From an uncultured Mycoplasma sp. (lineage in GTDB: Bacteria > Bacillota_I > Bacilli_A > RF39 > UBA660), in NCBI GenBank assembly GCA_945915275.1, contig CAMEEZ010000004.1, positions 1-48,426 on the forward strand: 48,426 nt of DNA. Reading direction: 5' to 3'. Position 1 is the stretch's first letter; each line of letters begins with the position of its first letter. Of the stretch, positions 1 to 9,995 are shown one piece after another. Position numbers and translations under genes: made by a program. Under the pieces are notes generated by a model. That model had not been told where the DNA came from and ran no database searches. It was given only the letters and a program-made list of their open reading frames with translations.

Positions 1-46
1 ATGTCAACCAATATTTTCTTTGAAATACATATTTTACATTTTGTCA

Positions 47-70
47 AAAAAACTGACATTTGTCAGCTTA
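47..70 (-). terminator. Intrinsic terminator after the 133-aa ORF
   Basis: Minus strand reads gCTGACA-aa-TGTCAG followed by a T-run, adjoining the stop codon. Confidence 0.6.
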
Positions 71-469
71 TTTTTTATTTATATTTTCAAATTTAAAATC
101 ATCATAATTTCCTGAATAGTAATATTTTTTATTAGAAACTATTATTGTATAATTTGTATCATCGCCAAGTATAGAAATTCTTATTTTGCCATTTATCGAT
201 ACATCATCTGTTAAAAGATTTTTACTTTTTAATTCAACTATAGTTACTTCTCCAACAACAGGATCATTTTTATCAATTTTAGGATCTAATACTCTCAAAA
301 AGTAATTAGAAGCAATATTCATGATATTTCTAGTTTCTAGAATAAAATCATTTTTTTCTTTTTTAACAATCATATTCTCTAATGAAACTATAATATTATC
401 TAGTTTAAAAAATAAGGTTATTATTAATATAAAAGAAATTATTATTAATATCATTTTTTTTATTTTCAT
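68..469 (-). CDS. Hypothetical N-terminally anchored protein with a possible pilin-like fold
   Basis: 133 aa; N-terminal hydrophobic helix, long amphipathic helix (F..ETRNIMNIASNYF), then VTIVELKSKNLL and beta strands, resembling pilin-like globular domains; no G-F-x-x-x-E prepilin motif. Confidence 0.55.
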   Translation of the reverse strand: MKIKKMILIIISFILIITLFFKLDNIIVSLENMIVKKEKNDFILETRNIMNIASNYFLRVLDPKIDKNDPVVGEVTIVELKSKNLLTDDVSINGKIRISILGDDTNYTIIVSNKKYYYSGNYDDFKFENINKK

Positions 470-479
470 ATTGATAAGT

Positions 480-2222
480 TTATTCTAAAACGGCTTTTAT
501 TCTTCTTACGCCTGCACTAGATGCCTCTTCTTTCTTTATTTTAAAGGTACCAAGTTCTTTAGTATTTTTTACGTGAGGACCTCCGCATAATTCTTTAGAT
601 ATGTTGCCTATACTATAAACTGTTACTATGTCAGGATATTTTTCTATAAACATACATTCAGCACCAGATTTTATTGCTTCTTCTTTAGGCATTTCTTCAA
701 AAGTTACATCAATTCCTTTTTCTATCCATTTATTTACTAAATTTTCTACTTGTTCTTTTTCTTCATCATTTAATTTTTTTTCACAGCTAAAATCAAAGCG
801 CATTCTTTCTGTTGTAATATTAGAACCTTTTTGATGAACATTGTCTCCTATGACTTGTTTTAATGCAGCATTTAATAAGTGAGTTGCGGTATGATATTTT
901 GTTTCGATTTCCCCATTACCAGCTAACCCTCCTTTAAATTTACCTGCTGAAGCAGTTCTTGATTTTTCTTGGTGTTCTTTAAACTTTTGTTTAAATCCTT
1001 CAGAGTCAACCTTTAATCCACGTTCTTTAGCTAATTCTTCAGTTAACTCTAATGGAAACCCAAATGTATCGAATAATCTAAATGCGGTAGAACCATCAAT
1101 ATCTTCATTATTACGAGTTACTTTTTCAAATTCTCTTAACCCTTTTTCTAAAGTACGATTAAATTTTATTTTTTCATTACTTAATACTTCATATACTACT
1201 GCTTCATTATCATTAATTTCCTGATAATACGCTTTATATTTTTCGACTATTAATTTTGCAATTCTTTGTTCCCAATTGCTATTAATATCAATATTTAAAT
1301 TTTTTGCATGTCTAATAGCTCTTCTTATTAATCTTCTTAAAATATAACCTTGATCAGTGTTACTTGGTTTTATCCCTGCTCTATCCGCAGAGATAAAAAC
1401 TGCGGTTCTTAAATGATCAGCAATAATTCTCATACTTTTTTTATTTTCTTCATAAGGAATACCTGCAATTTCAGAAATTAGTTCAATTACATCTTTCCAA
1501 ATACTTGACTCATAATTGTCTTTGACACCTTCTAAGACAGCAACTGTTCTTTCAACTCCCATACCTGTATCAACATTTTTTTTAGGAAGATCAGTAACAA
1601 TTCCATTCTTATCCTTATAATATTGCATGAATACATTATTCCATATTTCTACCCAACGATCATCTTCCGGATCAAATTTTTCAGGAATATCATCATTACT
1701 TCTAAAATAAAATATTTCTGTATCTGGCCCACAAGGTCCTGTTTCTCCAGCAATCCAAAAATTGTCTTTAACAGTACGAGCAATTCTTTCTTCTTTAATA
1801 CCTAAGCTTTTCCATTTATTATAACTTTCACTATCAAATGGTATAGAATCATCACCAGCAAAGACAGTTACTGCTAATTTCTCAACCGGAATATTTAGAT
1901 GTTTAGTCAACAATTCAAAGCTCCATTCAATACTTTCTTGCTTAAAATAATCTCCTAAACTCCAATTACCTAACATTTCAAAAAAAGTATGATGAGTTGT
2001 ATCTCCAATTACATCTAAATCATTGGTTCTAATACATTTTTGATAATCGCATAATCTCGTGCCATATGGATGAGATTGTCCCATTAAGTATGGTATTAAT
2101 GGTTGCATTCCAGCAGTATTAAATAAAACACTTGGATCATTCTCTGGAACTACTGGAGCACTTGGTATTTGTTTATGACCTTTACTAATAAAAAAATTAA
2201 TATATATATCTTTTAAATTCAT
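480..2222 (-). CDS. alaS: Alanine--tRNA ligase, short form without C-Ala domain
   Basis: Motifs LFNTAGM, QKCIR, HHTFFEMLGNWS, GPCGPDTE, EIWNNVFMQY, DTGMGVER; editing motifs HTATH and ELCGGPH; ends at GVRRIKAVLE (580 aa). Confidence 0.97.
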   Translation of the reverse strand: MNLKDIYINFFISKGHKQIPSAPVVPENDPSVLFNTAGMQPLIPYLMGQSHPYGTRLCDYQKCIRTNDLDVIGDTTHHTFFEMLGNWSLGDYFKQESIEWSFELLTKHLNIPVEKLAVTVFAGDDSIPFDSESYNKWKSLGIKEERIARTVKDNFWIAGETGPCGPDTEIFYFRSNDDIPEKFDPEDDRWVEIWNNVFMQYYKDKNGIVTDLPKKNVDTGMGVERTVAVLEGVKDNYESSIWKDVIELISEIAGIPYEENKKSMRIIADHLRTAVFISADRAGIKPSNTDQGYILRRLIRRAIRHAKNLNIDINSNWEQRIAKLIVEKYKAYYQEINDNEAVVYEVLSNEKIKFNRTLEKGLREFEKVTRNNEDIDGSTAFRLFDTFGFPLELTEELAKERGLKVDSEGFKQKFKEHQEKSRTASAGKFKGGLAGNGEIETKYHTATHLLNAALKQVIGDNVHQKGSNITTERMRFDFSCEKKLNDEEKEQVENLVNKWIEKGIDVTFEEMPKEEAIKSGAECMFIEKYPDIVTVYSIGNISKELCGGPHVKNTKELGTFKIKKEEASSAGVRRIKAVLE

Positions 2223-2226
2223 ATTT

Positions 2227-2754
2227 TTACTTCCCTTCTAAAAATTGAAATAATTGTCTTTTTACTTCACTTAAATCATTATTAATAATTGTATAATCAA
2301 ATTCATCATAATTTTCTAATGCTATCTCAGATGGATGAATTTGTTCTTCCGCAGTTAATGTACTAACTCTAAATTGATTAACTACTAATATCGATGTAAC
2401 ATCATCATAAATATTTTTGATGGCTTTAATCTCATCTGGATATCTTACATCACATATAATTGTGACTTCAAAATCTCTTTCATATACTTTTATATCTTCA
2501 AGCATTCTTTCTGTAAAAAAATTAGGCATATTTAGATCGTTTCTAATATACATTCCTAAATCTTGTAAAAACTTTCTTGGCTTATTTGCAGAAAGCCCAT
2601 CCCAATTTATCATTTCTTTGGCATATTCTTTTAAATATTTACTATACTCAGTAATAACTGCTTCTTTTTGCTGATAAATATAATATTCTTTTATCATTTT
2701 AGCAACTTCTGCTTTTCCACTTTCTGCTTTACCAGCAATTAAAAATATTTTCAT
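2227..2754 (-). CDS. P-loop nucleoside-monophosphate-kinase-like protein (dNMP kinase / phosphomevalonate-kinase-like fold)
   Basis: N-terminal IAGKAESGK Walker A, R..LQ..G...R, IICDVRYPDE and HPSE..L....DY.I.N motifs; RBS AGAAAGGA. Confidence 0.7.
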   Translation of the reverse strand: MKIFLIAGKAESGKAEVAKMIKEYYIYQQKEAVITEYSKYLKEYAKEMINWDGLSANKPRKFLQDLGMYIRNDLNMPNFFTERMLEDIKVYERDFEVTIICDVRYPDEIKAIKNIYDDVTSILVVNQFRVSTLTAEEQIHPSEIALENYDEFDYTIINNDLSEVKRQLFQFLEGK

Positions 2755-2768
2755 TCATATTCCTTTCT

Positions 2769-2950
2769 AAAAAAATACCACATATATGCAAAGGAGCAAA
2801 TATGCGGTACCATCCTTATTTTTACTTAATTATTGATAACGGCAATGCCGATTTAATCTCCTAAAGTAGCAATTTAATAATTTAATTATTGATTTTCACC
2901 AAATATCAACTCTCTATAAATTACACTATTAAACATCTTTAATCACTGAT
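2769..2950 (-). ncRNA. T-box riboswitch with Ala (GCU) specifier
   Basis: Minus strand shows Stem I AGAGA and GGTGAA motifs, specifier GCT at 2870-2868, CCGTTA box, T-box AAGGATGGTACCGC at 2817-2804 pairing with downstream TCCTT, and alternative terminator TACCGCATAT...ATATGTGGTA plus T7; upstream extended -10 TGaTATAAT at about 2961-2969. Confidence 0.92.
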
Positions 2951-2984
2951 TAACGTGTTAATTATATCAAACTATTGATAAAAA

Positions 2985-4115
2985 TTAAACCTTTTTTTCA
3001 TCAAATAAATCATATTTATTTTTAATAAATCTCCATAGAACTTTTAAAAGGGCTAAGCAAGGAGTTGCAAAAACCATTCCTATTATTCCAAAGAAATATG
3101 CAAATATTAGTAAACCAACAATTATTGTCACTGGGTGTAGTTGCATTGCTTTACTCATAACAACTGGCTGTAAAATATAGCTTTCAACAAGTTGAACAAT
3201 AACGCAGATAATTAATGCCGAAATTCCTACAACACTTCCCTGGCTAAAGCCAACAATTACTGCGGCAGCTCCACCAATATATGGTCCAATATATGGAATT
3301 AAATCTGTTAATCCACAAAATAATCCAAATAATACCGGAGCTTTTAAACCTATAATAGTAAATCCAATAGAATCAGTAACAAAAACCATTGATGCTACAA
3401 GTAAAGTTCCATTGACAGTCTTTCTTACTTCTTTTCCTATAGTATTAATTAATGTTTCTATTTCATATTTATTTTTCTTTGGAATTAATTTCAATAAGTG
3501 TCTTGTAATAGATTCAAAATCAAACAACATATATAAACCAACAACTAATCCTAGTAAGAAAACACCAATACCAGAGAATAAACTAACAACTAAATTAATA
3601 ACTATATTAGGCAAATTATTCATGAATCCTAATAATTGTGTTTCAACTGAATTCATCATATTATCTTTGACATTTACTAAATTAAATCTTTCTAGATCAA
3701 ATTGACTAATTGCATCGTTAACGAAAACTTCTATTTCATCTAAAATACTTGGTACAACAGCAACCAATTCATTTATTTGAGAATATAGTACTGGAATAAA
3801 TACTCTAATAAAAATTATTAAGCATATCAAAAATATAAGATATACAATTATAGCACTTAATATTTTAGGAATACCTTTATCTTTTAATTTACTAACTAAA
3901 GGATTAAATAACCAAGCAATTATAAAACCTATAAATAATGGAGATATAACCTTGAGAATACCTATAAATAATTTAAAGATTCCCAAATACTTTATTAAAA
4001 ATGTAAAACCTATAATTACTATAGCAATAAGGACAAAATAAAAAACATGTAATATTTTTTTAGAAAGTCCAATTACCTCATTTAATCCTTGAGTATCAAT
4101 TTTATCTTTCTTCAT
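2985..4115 (-). CDS. AI-2E family transporter (PerM/YrrI-like)
   Basis: Multi-TM protein with PLFIGFIIAWLFNP, LIPYIGPYIG, QLVESYILQP and LHPVTII motifs; start set at ATG 4115 (RBS AAGGTGA); yrrI neighbours alaS in Bacillus. Confidence 0.9.
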   Translation of the reverse strand: MKKDKIDTQGLNEVIGLSKKILHVFYFVLIAIVIIGFTFLIKYLGIFKLFIGILKVISPLFIGFIIAWLFNPLVSKLKDKGIPKILSAIIVYLIFLICLIIFIRVFIPVLYSQINELVAVVPSILDEIEVFVNDAISQFDLERFNLVNVKDNMMNSVETQLLGFMNNLPNIVINLVVSLFSGIGVFLLGLVVGLYMLFDFESITRHLLKLIPKKNKYEIETLINTIGKEVRKTVNGTLLVASMVFVTDSIGFTIIGLKAPVLFGLFCGLTDLIPYIGPYIGGAAAVIVGFSQGSVVGISALIICVIVQLVESYILQPVVMSKAMQLHPVTIIVGLLIFAYFFGIIGMVFATPCLALLKVLWRFIKNKYDLFDEKKV

Positions 4116-4159
4116 TTTACTCACCTTCTAAATATAAGTATATCTTAAATAATCCCTAA

Positions 4160-4486
4160 TTACCAGAATAAACTTTTCAAAATGTCAACTATTTCTTTCG
4201 CCCCTTTAATAATTACTTTACCAAAGGAGTCATTTATTTTTTGACCCAAACGGCTCATTTTATTGGAATAATCTTTTTCTTCTTCAACGTTATAGTTTGA
4301 TATATCTACAATTTTATTATTTTTAACATCATCTTCAAACTTTCTTATATTTTCTTCAGTTAAAGTTACTTTCTTAGATAACTTGGTTTCATAATATCCA
4401 TTTTCTAACATTATATATAATATTAAAAATAAAATTATAGAAATTTTTAAAAATACCATAAGCCAGTTATTCTTTTTAGTTTTCAT
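4160..4486 (-). CDS. Small membrane-anchored protein, positional YqxA-like
   Basis: Likely start MKTKK at 4486 (RBS AAGGAG) overlapping the spoIIP stop; N-terminal TM helix; lies downstream of gpr-spoIIP, as yqxA does in Bacillus. Confidence 0.6.
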   Translation of the reverse strand: MKTKKNNWLMVFLKISIILFLILYIMLENGYYETKLSKKVTLTEENIRKFEDDVKNNKIVDISNYNVEEEKDYSNKMSRLGQKINDSFGKVIIKGAKEIVDILKSLFW

Positions 4487-5423
4487 ATATCTCCTTTGTA
4501 AATTCAAAAATAACATCTGCTAATAATTCAACTGTATTCTTTACTTCTTCTATATTATTATATTGTCCTCCGATTTCAATTAGAAATACATTTTCATTAA
4601 AATCTTGATTATATATTCCATTAACCCCTTTACCACTTTTTTTCATAATCCCTCGAGATAATTTTTGACATTTTAGCTCTATTTTATTATTTAGTATTGT
4701 TGCATTATTAAGATTTTTTTCATAATCTTTATGTTCCAATCCTATTACAAATAAAACACGCGCGTATTTTTTGCCATCACACTCTATTGTAGTTGATTTA
4801 TATGTTCCAGAATCTCTATGTATATCAATAAATAATTCTAAAGTAGAATTTTTATTTTTAGCATCTTCTAAAAAAGTTCGACTTACTTGATAGCTTCTAC
4901 CATATTTCCAATTATTTTCATTTAATATTCTTTTTACTTCTCTTGTTTCAACTATTGTCGGGATTCCTAAGTCATTTAATTGTTCTCTTAACATATAACT
5001 AGTAAGCATTACTGTAGGTTTAATACTATATGGCTCTAGATAATCTTTTTGATATTCTTCTGTTTGGTGAGTGTTATATAAGTAAATAATTGGTAAAGAT
5101 ATTTCTTCTTTTTTGGGATCTTCTAAATATTCTCCTGTGGTTAAATCTTCTAAATCTTCACCAGCTATTTCTTTTTCATTATTATTAATATTTAATGAAT
5201 AACTTAAAAAAAAGTTTTTATCTTTTATATTTAATATTTTTGGCAAATTAAAATTATTTTCTCCTAAAAGATAGCTTATTATTATATCTTCCGTTATTTT
5301 TTTATCTAAAAAGTAATTAATTAATTTTAAACCAATACATAAAGAAAATAAAAAAGTAATAAAAAACATAATAATTCTTAAATAAAAATTTCTTTTTTTT
5401 GAAGTTTTAAATCTTTTTTTCAT
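4476..5423 (-). CDS. spoIIP: Stage II sporulation protein P (engulfment amidase/endopeptidase)
   Basis: N-terminal TM; YNTHQTEEY, IDIHRDS, GIYNQD and LIEIGG motifs; gpr-spoIIP synteny. Confidence 0.9.
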   Translation of the reverse strand: MKKRFKTSKKRNFYLRIIMFFITFLFSLCIGLKLINYFLDKKITEDIIISYLLGENNFNLPKILNIKDKNFFLSYSLNINNNEKEIAGEDLEDLTTGEYLEDPKKEEISLPIIYLYNTHQTEEYQKDYLEPYSIKPTVMLTSYMLREQLNDLGIPTIVETREVKRILNENNWKYGRSYQVSRTFLEDAKNKNSTLELFIDIHRDSGTYKSTTIECDGKKYARVLFVIGLEHKDYEKNLNNATILNNKIELKCQKLSRGIMKKSGKGVNGIYNQDFNENVFLIEIGGQYNNIEEVKNTVELLADVIFEFTKEIYEN

Positions 5424-5477
5424 TCTAATCGCTTCCTATTTTTATTATAGAAAGTTTAAAATAAAAATTTTGTCAGT

Positions 5478-6170
5478 TTAAGATATGAATATTTTATTAA
5501 TTGCTTTAGAAATCAAATCACTTACATCTTCAATTATTTGATTAATATTACTACTTGTTAAATAATTACCATTATATTTAAAAACCAAAGGAATTCCAAT
5601 TGAAATAACTGGAATGTTAAATGTATTTGAATTAATTTCTTTATTATCTTTGATATATGCCCCAGGAATAATACCTGAATCGTTTATTTCGATACATTTG
5701 TTTAAATTTTCTAAATTACTTGTACATAACGAATCAATAATAATAATACACTCTGGTTTAAGTTCATTTACAACTAATTTTATAAGATCATAGGACATAA
5801 TTCCTGTTCTTTCAACAACTTCTGGATTAAATAATGCTATTTTAGGAACAGTTAAAAAATCATTATATTGATTTGTCGCAATAATTTTACTAGTTGTCTT
5901 AGGTCCTAAGGAATCTGCTAAAACTAAAGAGTTGCCTAATCCTATAACTAGTGTTTTATTTACATTATATTTTTCTAAAAAAATATTTAATGATTTAACT
6001 AATTCTTTAAATAGATTATTAGTTATATTATTAAAAAATATTACTCTAAAATCTTTTTCATTTTTTTGATCATAACTATAAACTTGAATTTCTTCGGCTC
6101 TTTTTTTACTTTTTAGTTTCATGCTTTCTTTATCTAAAACCGCACTTTCAATATAAAAATTTAAATCCAT
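5478..6170 (-). CDS. gpr: GPR endopeptidase (spore germination protease), short form
   Basis: LVIGLGN...ADSLGP and IIIIDSL aspartate motifs, I.DSGIIPG, IPVISIGIP; divergent from rpsT as in Bacillus. Confidence 0.85.
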   Translation of the reverse strand: MDLNFYIESAVLDKESMKLKSKKRAEEIQVYSYDQKNEKDFRVIFFNNITNNLFKELVKSLNIFLEKYNVNKTLVIGLGNSLVLADSLGPKTTSKIIATNQYNDFLTVPKIALFNPEVVERTGIMSYDLIKLVVNELKPECIIIIDSLCTSNLENLNKCIEINDSGIIPGAYIKDNKEINSNTFNIPVISIGIPLVFKYNGNYLTSSNINQIIEDVSDLISKAINKIFIS

Positions 6171-6187
6171 TATTTATTCACCAATAT

Positions 6188-6217
6188 TATTATGATAAAA
6201 ATAACATTTATTATTGC
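6188..6217 (-). promoter_or_regulatory. Putative forespore SigG/SigF-type promoter of gpr
   Basis: Minus strand GCAATA-17 bp-CATAATA; the -10 matches the SigG CATAHTA consensus and the -35 is imperfect. Confidence 0.45.
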
Positions 6218-6242
6218 AAAAAATATATATTTTTGATAGAAT
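6214..6242 (+). promoter_or_regulatory. SigA promoter of rpsT
   Basis: TTGCAA-17 bp-TAGAAT with extended TG. Confidence 0.7.
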
Positions 6243-6272
6243 TATTAATGAATTTACAGGAAGGAGAAAAAT

Positions 6273-6536
6273 ATGCCAAATATTAAAAGCTCAAAAAAGG
6301 CTGTAAAAGTAATAGCTAAAAAAACTGAGAATAATCATGAAATTAAAGCTAGAATTAAAAATTTAGTTAAGAATTGTGAAAAAGCTATCTCAGCTGGCGA
6401 TAAAGAAGCTGCTAATGAAATGTTTAAAGATATTCAAAAATGTGTAGATAAAGCTGTTTCAAAAGGATTAATGAAGAATAATACTGCTGATCGTCAAAAA
6501 GCAAGATTAAGTTTAAAAGTTAAAAATATGAAGTAA
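6273..6536 (+). CDS. rpsT: 30S ribosomal protein S20
   Basis: MPNIKSSKK...DKAVSKGLMKNNTADRQKARL; RBS AAGGAG. Confidence 0.96.
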   Translation: MPNIKSSKKAVKVIAKKTENNHEIKARIKNLVKNCEKAISAGDKEAANEMFKDIQKCVDKAVSKGLMKNNTADRQKARLSLKVKNMK

Positions 6537-6557
6537 TAATTGTTTACTTCATTTTTT
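6528..6557 (+). terminator. Intrinsic terminator of rpsT
   Basis: ATGAAGTAA-loop-TTACTTCAT followed by a T-run. Confidence 0.7.
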
Positions 6558-6585
6558 AATGTTATTATATAGTTGGTGACAGTAT

Positions 6586-7539
6586 ATGAATAACAATAAA
6601 GGACTAATTATTATATGTTGCTTAATTATTTTTATAACATGTCTTTTTTGTAATAAAACAAGTGATTTTCTAGCAAATATAATAAGTCAAAATTTTGAAA
6701 CGCAAAATCTGATTAAAAATGATTACTCTAAAGAACTTAATTATGGGTTCTTCTCTATTCCTAAAGATAATATTCCGCTAAGTAAAAAAGAATTAATAGG
6801 TGTTTTATTTTCCGTAATTAATAGTAAAGTAGATAAATATACTTTTTATTGTCCTAGCGAATATTCTAAGTGTTTAAAAGATATTGAAGAAATTAGCAAC
6901 GATGAATTACTTTTAACCCATTTAAATAATTTTGTCCATCCATATAATAGTTTTACTAATATAAAAACAACTATTGCAGAATCCGGAGAAATTACTATAA
7001 TGGTTTCATATCTATATACTGAGGAAGAAATATATTTATTAGAAGAAAAAGTTAATGAAATAATTAAAAATGAAATCACAAATGATATGGATGAATACGA
7101 AAAAATAAAAGCAATACATGATTTTATAGCCAATAATACAAAATATGATGTTGAAAGAAATGAATATGGAAATAGCAAATATGATTCTTTCAAAGCTACA
7201 GGGCCTCTTTTAAATGGCATAGCTACATGTAATGGTTATACTGATGCTTTAGCAATATTCTTAACACATCTTGGCTATGATAATTATAAAATTGCCACTA
7301 CTCCAGAAGAGATAAGTTATGAATCAACTGGTCATGTCTGGAATGCAATAAAATATAACGGCGAATGGTTACATATAGATTTAACTTGGGATGATCCTGT
7401 TAGTAAAGATGGCAAAGATTATTTATATCATAAATATTTCTTAGTAAACAATGATGAATTAAAAGAAGCTGATTCTGGAAACATAAATATTGAAGAGCAT
7501 AATTTCGATAAATCTGTATATTTAGAATTTAATTATTAA
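6586..7539 (+). CDS. Exported transglutaminase-like (Cys-His-Asp) protein
   Basis: N-terminal hydrophobic segment; KIKAIHDFI..NTKYD, ATCNGY, HVWN, HIDLTWDD. Confidence 0.88.
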   Translation: MNNNKGLIIICCLIIFITCLFCNKTSDFLANIISQNFETQNLIKNDYSKELNYGFFSIPKDNIPLSKKELIGVLFSVINSKVDKYTFYCPSEYSKCLKDIEEISNDELLLTHLNNFVHPYNSFTNIKTTIAESGEITIMVSYLYTEEEIYLLEEKVNEIIKNEITNDMDEYEKIKAIHDFIANNTKYDVERNEYGNSKYDSFKATGPLLNGIATCNGYTDALAIFLTHLGYDNYKIATTPEEISYESTGHVWNAIKYNGEWLHIDLTWDDPVSKDGKDYLYHKYFLVNNDELKEADSGNINIEEHNFDKSVYLEFNY

Positions 7540-7542
7540 ACA

Positions 7543-7581
7543 AAAAAAATTTCAATTATTAAATGAATTGAAATTTTTTAT
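7543..7581. terminator. Bidirectional terminator between convergent genes
   Basis: AAAAAATTTCAATT-loop-AATTGAAATTTTTT. Confidence 0.7.
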
Positions 7582-8817
7582 TTAATTTTTAATATTAATT
7601 ATATAAGGATTTTCGACTGTACCATTACCAGTTGATGAAACATTAGCTTTAATATTAATTACAGGCCTTACACCTCTATTTAAAGTAGCTACATTATCAT
7701 ATATTATTTTTCCATTTTCATTTAAAACGAAAGGATAGTAATTACTATTATTATTCTTCGCTCCAGACATAGTCCAAAAAGATCCAGAATCTTTATTATA
7801 TAAGTAAAAATCACTATTATTATCTTTAATACTTGCCCCTGCGTAAACTAATTCATCTACTGTCAATAATCCTACGGAACCACTAACTCTATCACCCAAA
7901 CAACTAAATGTTGGGATATTATTAGTTACAATTCTAGTATATGCATTATAATATCCACTTTTTTCACTTAAATTATTATCATTACAATATTTACCTAATG
8001 CAATAAAATTGTCGTATTCTTCTAAAAATATTGAGTACCATTCATCTAAAAATAATTTCAAATCGGAATTATTAAATGAATAATTCTCGATATTAGCAGT
8101 ATAATTATGAACGCTATCCAAGTTATTATTTAAAACCAATCGTACCGTTCCATCCCCATTTATCCTAACTATTCTCCATGTCATGTTAGCAAAAGAAACA
8201 TAATTATTAGTTATATTACCCCTAAAATAATAAGTAGGTCCATTTTCATCTATATCACTTATTAATCCTTCATTTAATATAGCTACATTTGTACCAATTA
8301 TAGTCTTAGGATTAGTTAATTCATTATTTTTTAAAATACTTTTGGCAAAAGTATCTTCATTATTAGCTACTTCATTTACCATTATATCAAAACTAAAATT
8401 ATCATCAGATTTATTCGTAACTTTTAAAGTGAAGTTTTCAGTTTCATAGGCAGTAAGTTGATTGTTATCTAGCAATACTTTTTCTGATTTGCTTGTTTTT
8501 TCAATCACAAAATTATTATTTTCATTTATTAAAGACACACTAACTTTGTCATTAAAATTTTTAATATCTTCAGCATTTATTGTATAAAATATATCTTTAT
8601 CAGTATTATTTGAAATTGAAAACTTTAATTCAACTTCAGAATCTCTAACGGAAATCTTTTTGTCTCCAAAAAAATTTATTGATAAATTTTCACTTCCTAC
8701 GACATGAAATGCATCATCATTATTTTTTTCTCTATAATTATAGGCTACTAATAACCCAAAACAACATATAATAAAAAAACCGATAATCGATAAAGAATTT
8801 TTATATTTTTTACTCAT
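7582..8817 (-). CDS. Membrane-anchored extracellular protein with a DUF6273-like C-terminal domain
   Basis: N-terminal TM, Ig-like beta region, then YYFRG..NNYVSFA...WRIVRINGDG, VGLLTVDE, FWTMS, GVRPVINI, GNGTVENPY; upstream TTGACA-17-TATACT (8869-8841). Confidence 0.7.
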   Translation of the reverse strand: MSKKYKNSLSIIGFFIICCFGLLVAYNYREKNNDDAFHVVGSENLSINFFGDKKISVRDSEVELKFSISNNTDKDIFYTINAEDIKNFNDKVSVSLINENNNFVIEKTSKSEKVLLDNNQLTAYETENFTLKVTNKSDDNFSFDIMVNEVANNEDTFAKSILKNNELTNPKTIIGTNVAILNEGLISDIDENGPTYYFRGNITNNYVSFANMTWRIVRINGDGTVRLVLNNNLDSVHNYTANIENYSFNNSDLKLFLDEWYSIFLEEYDNFIALGKYCNDNNLSEKSGYYNAYTRIVTNNIPTFSCLGDRVSGSVGLLTVDELVYAGASIKDNNSDFYLYNKDSGSFWTMSGAKNNNSNYYPFVLNENGKIIYDNVATLNRGVRPVINIKANVSSTGNGTVENPYIINIKN

Positions 8818-8883
8818 ATTATCAATCCTAACTTGATTTAAGTATACTATTATAAATATTCTATGTCAATTATTCGGTATTTA

Positions 8884-9993
8884 TTATTTAATATATTTTT
8901 TAAACTTTTTAAATTCTGTTTCATCATCTAAATCAGTTTTATCTAAATCCGTAAATAATTCTTTTTGTTTACGATTTAATTTTGTCGGAATTATTACATT
9001 AAAGACAACATACATATCACCTTTACTATATGAATTAACTCTTTTTATTCCTTTTCCTTTTAATTTAACTTTATCTAAATTTTGAGTTCCAGCTTTTACC
9101 TCAAGTTTAACTTTTCCTTCTAATGTTGGAATAACTTTTTTACAACCTAATACTGCCTCAGTAATTGTAAGTGGAACTTCTAAATAAATATCTTCTTCAT
9201 CTCTTTCAAATATAGCATGGTCACTAACGCTATATTCAATGTAAATGTCTCCATTAGGTCCACCATTATATCCTGCTGATCCTTTACCAGATATTCTTTG
9301 TTGCATGCCATCATCAACACCTTCTGGGACAGTGATAACAATTTCTTTTTTACTTTTTATATGGCCTTTTCCCCGACATTCGTTACATATTTCTTTAAAA
9401 CTTTTACCCATACCATTACAATCAGGACATGTAGTTTGAGTTTGAAACATCCCAAACAAAGAGTTTTGTTGAGATATAACTCTTCCTCTTCCACCACAAG
9501 TTGAGCAAGTTTGTTCATGGAATCCACCTTTACCAGAACATTTTTCACACTCTTCATTTAATTCTAAAACAACACTTTTTTTACATCCAAATACAGCTTC
9601 TTCAAAGTCTAATTTAATTTTAATTAAACTATCTTCACCTTTACGTGGTCTATTTGTATTACGTCCTGATGAAGAGCCAAAGCCAAATCCACCAAACAAA
9701 TCATCAAAAATACTTCCTAAATCAATGTCATTTACATTAAAGCCAGAGAATCCTGCTCCCCCTGCGCCATTAGTAAATGCTTGATGACCATATTGATCAT
9801 ATTGAGCTCTCTTTTGAGGATCTGAAAGAATTGCATAAGCTTCGCCTATTTCTTTAAATTTCTCTTCTGCACCAGGTTCTTTATTTACATCTGGATGATA
9901 TTGTTTTGCTAGTTTTCTAAAAGCTCTTTTAATTTCTTCATCAGTTGCATTTTTAGAAACTCCTAATATCTCATAATAATCTTTTTTATCCAT
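8884..9993 (-). CDS. dnaJ: Chaperone DnaJ
   Basis: J domain with HPD, G/F-rich region, four CxxCxGxG repeats. Confidence 0.98.
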   Translation of the reverse strand: MDKKDYYEILGVSKNATDEEIKRAFRKLAKQYHPDVNKEPGAEEKFKEIGEAYAILSDPQKRAQYDQYGHQAFTNGAGGAGFSGFNVNDIDLGSIFDDLFGGFGFGSSSGRNTNRPRKGEDSLIKIKLDFEEAVFGCKKSVVLELNEECEKCSGKGGFHEQTCSTCGGRGRVISQQNSLFGMFQTQTTCPDCNGMGKSFKEICNECRGKGHIKSKKEIVITVPEGVDDGMQQRISGKGSAGYNGGPNGDIYIEYSVSDHAIFERDEEDIYLEVPLTITEAVLGCKKVIPTLEGKVKLEVKAGTQNLDKVKLKGKGIKRVNSYSKGDMYVVFNVIIPTKLNRKQKELFTDLDKTDLDDETEFKKFKKYIK

Positions 9994-9995
9994 AA

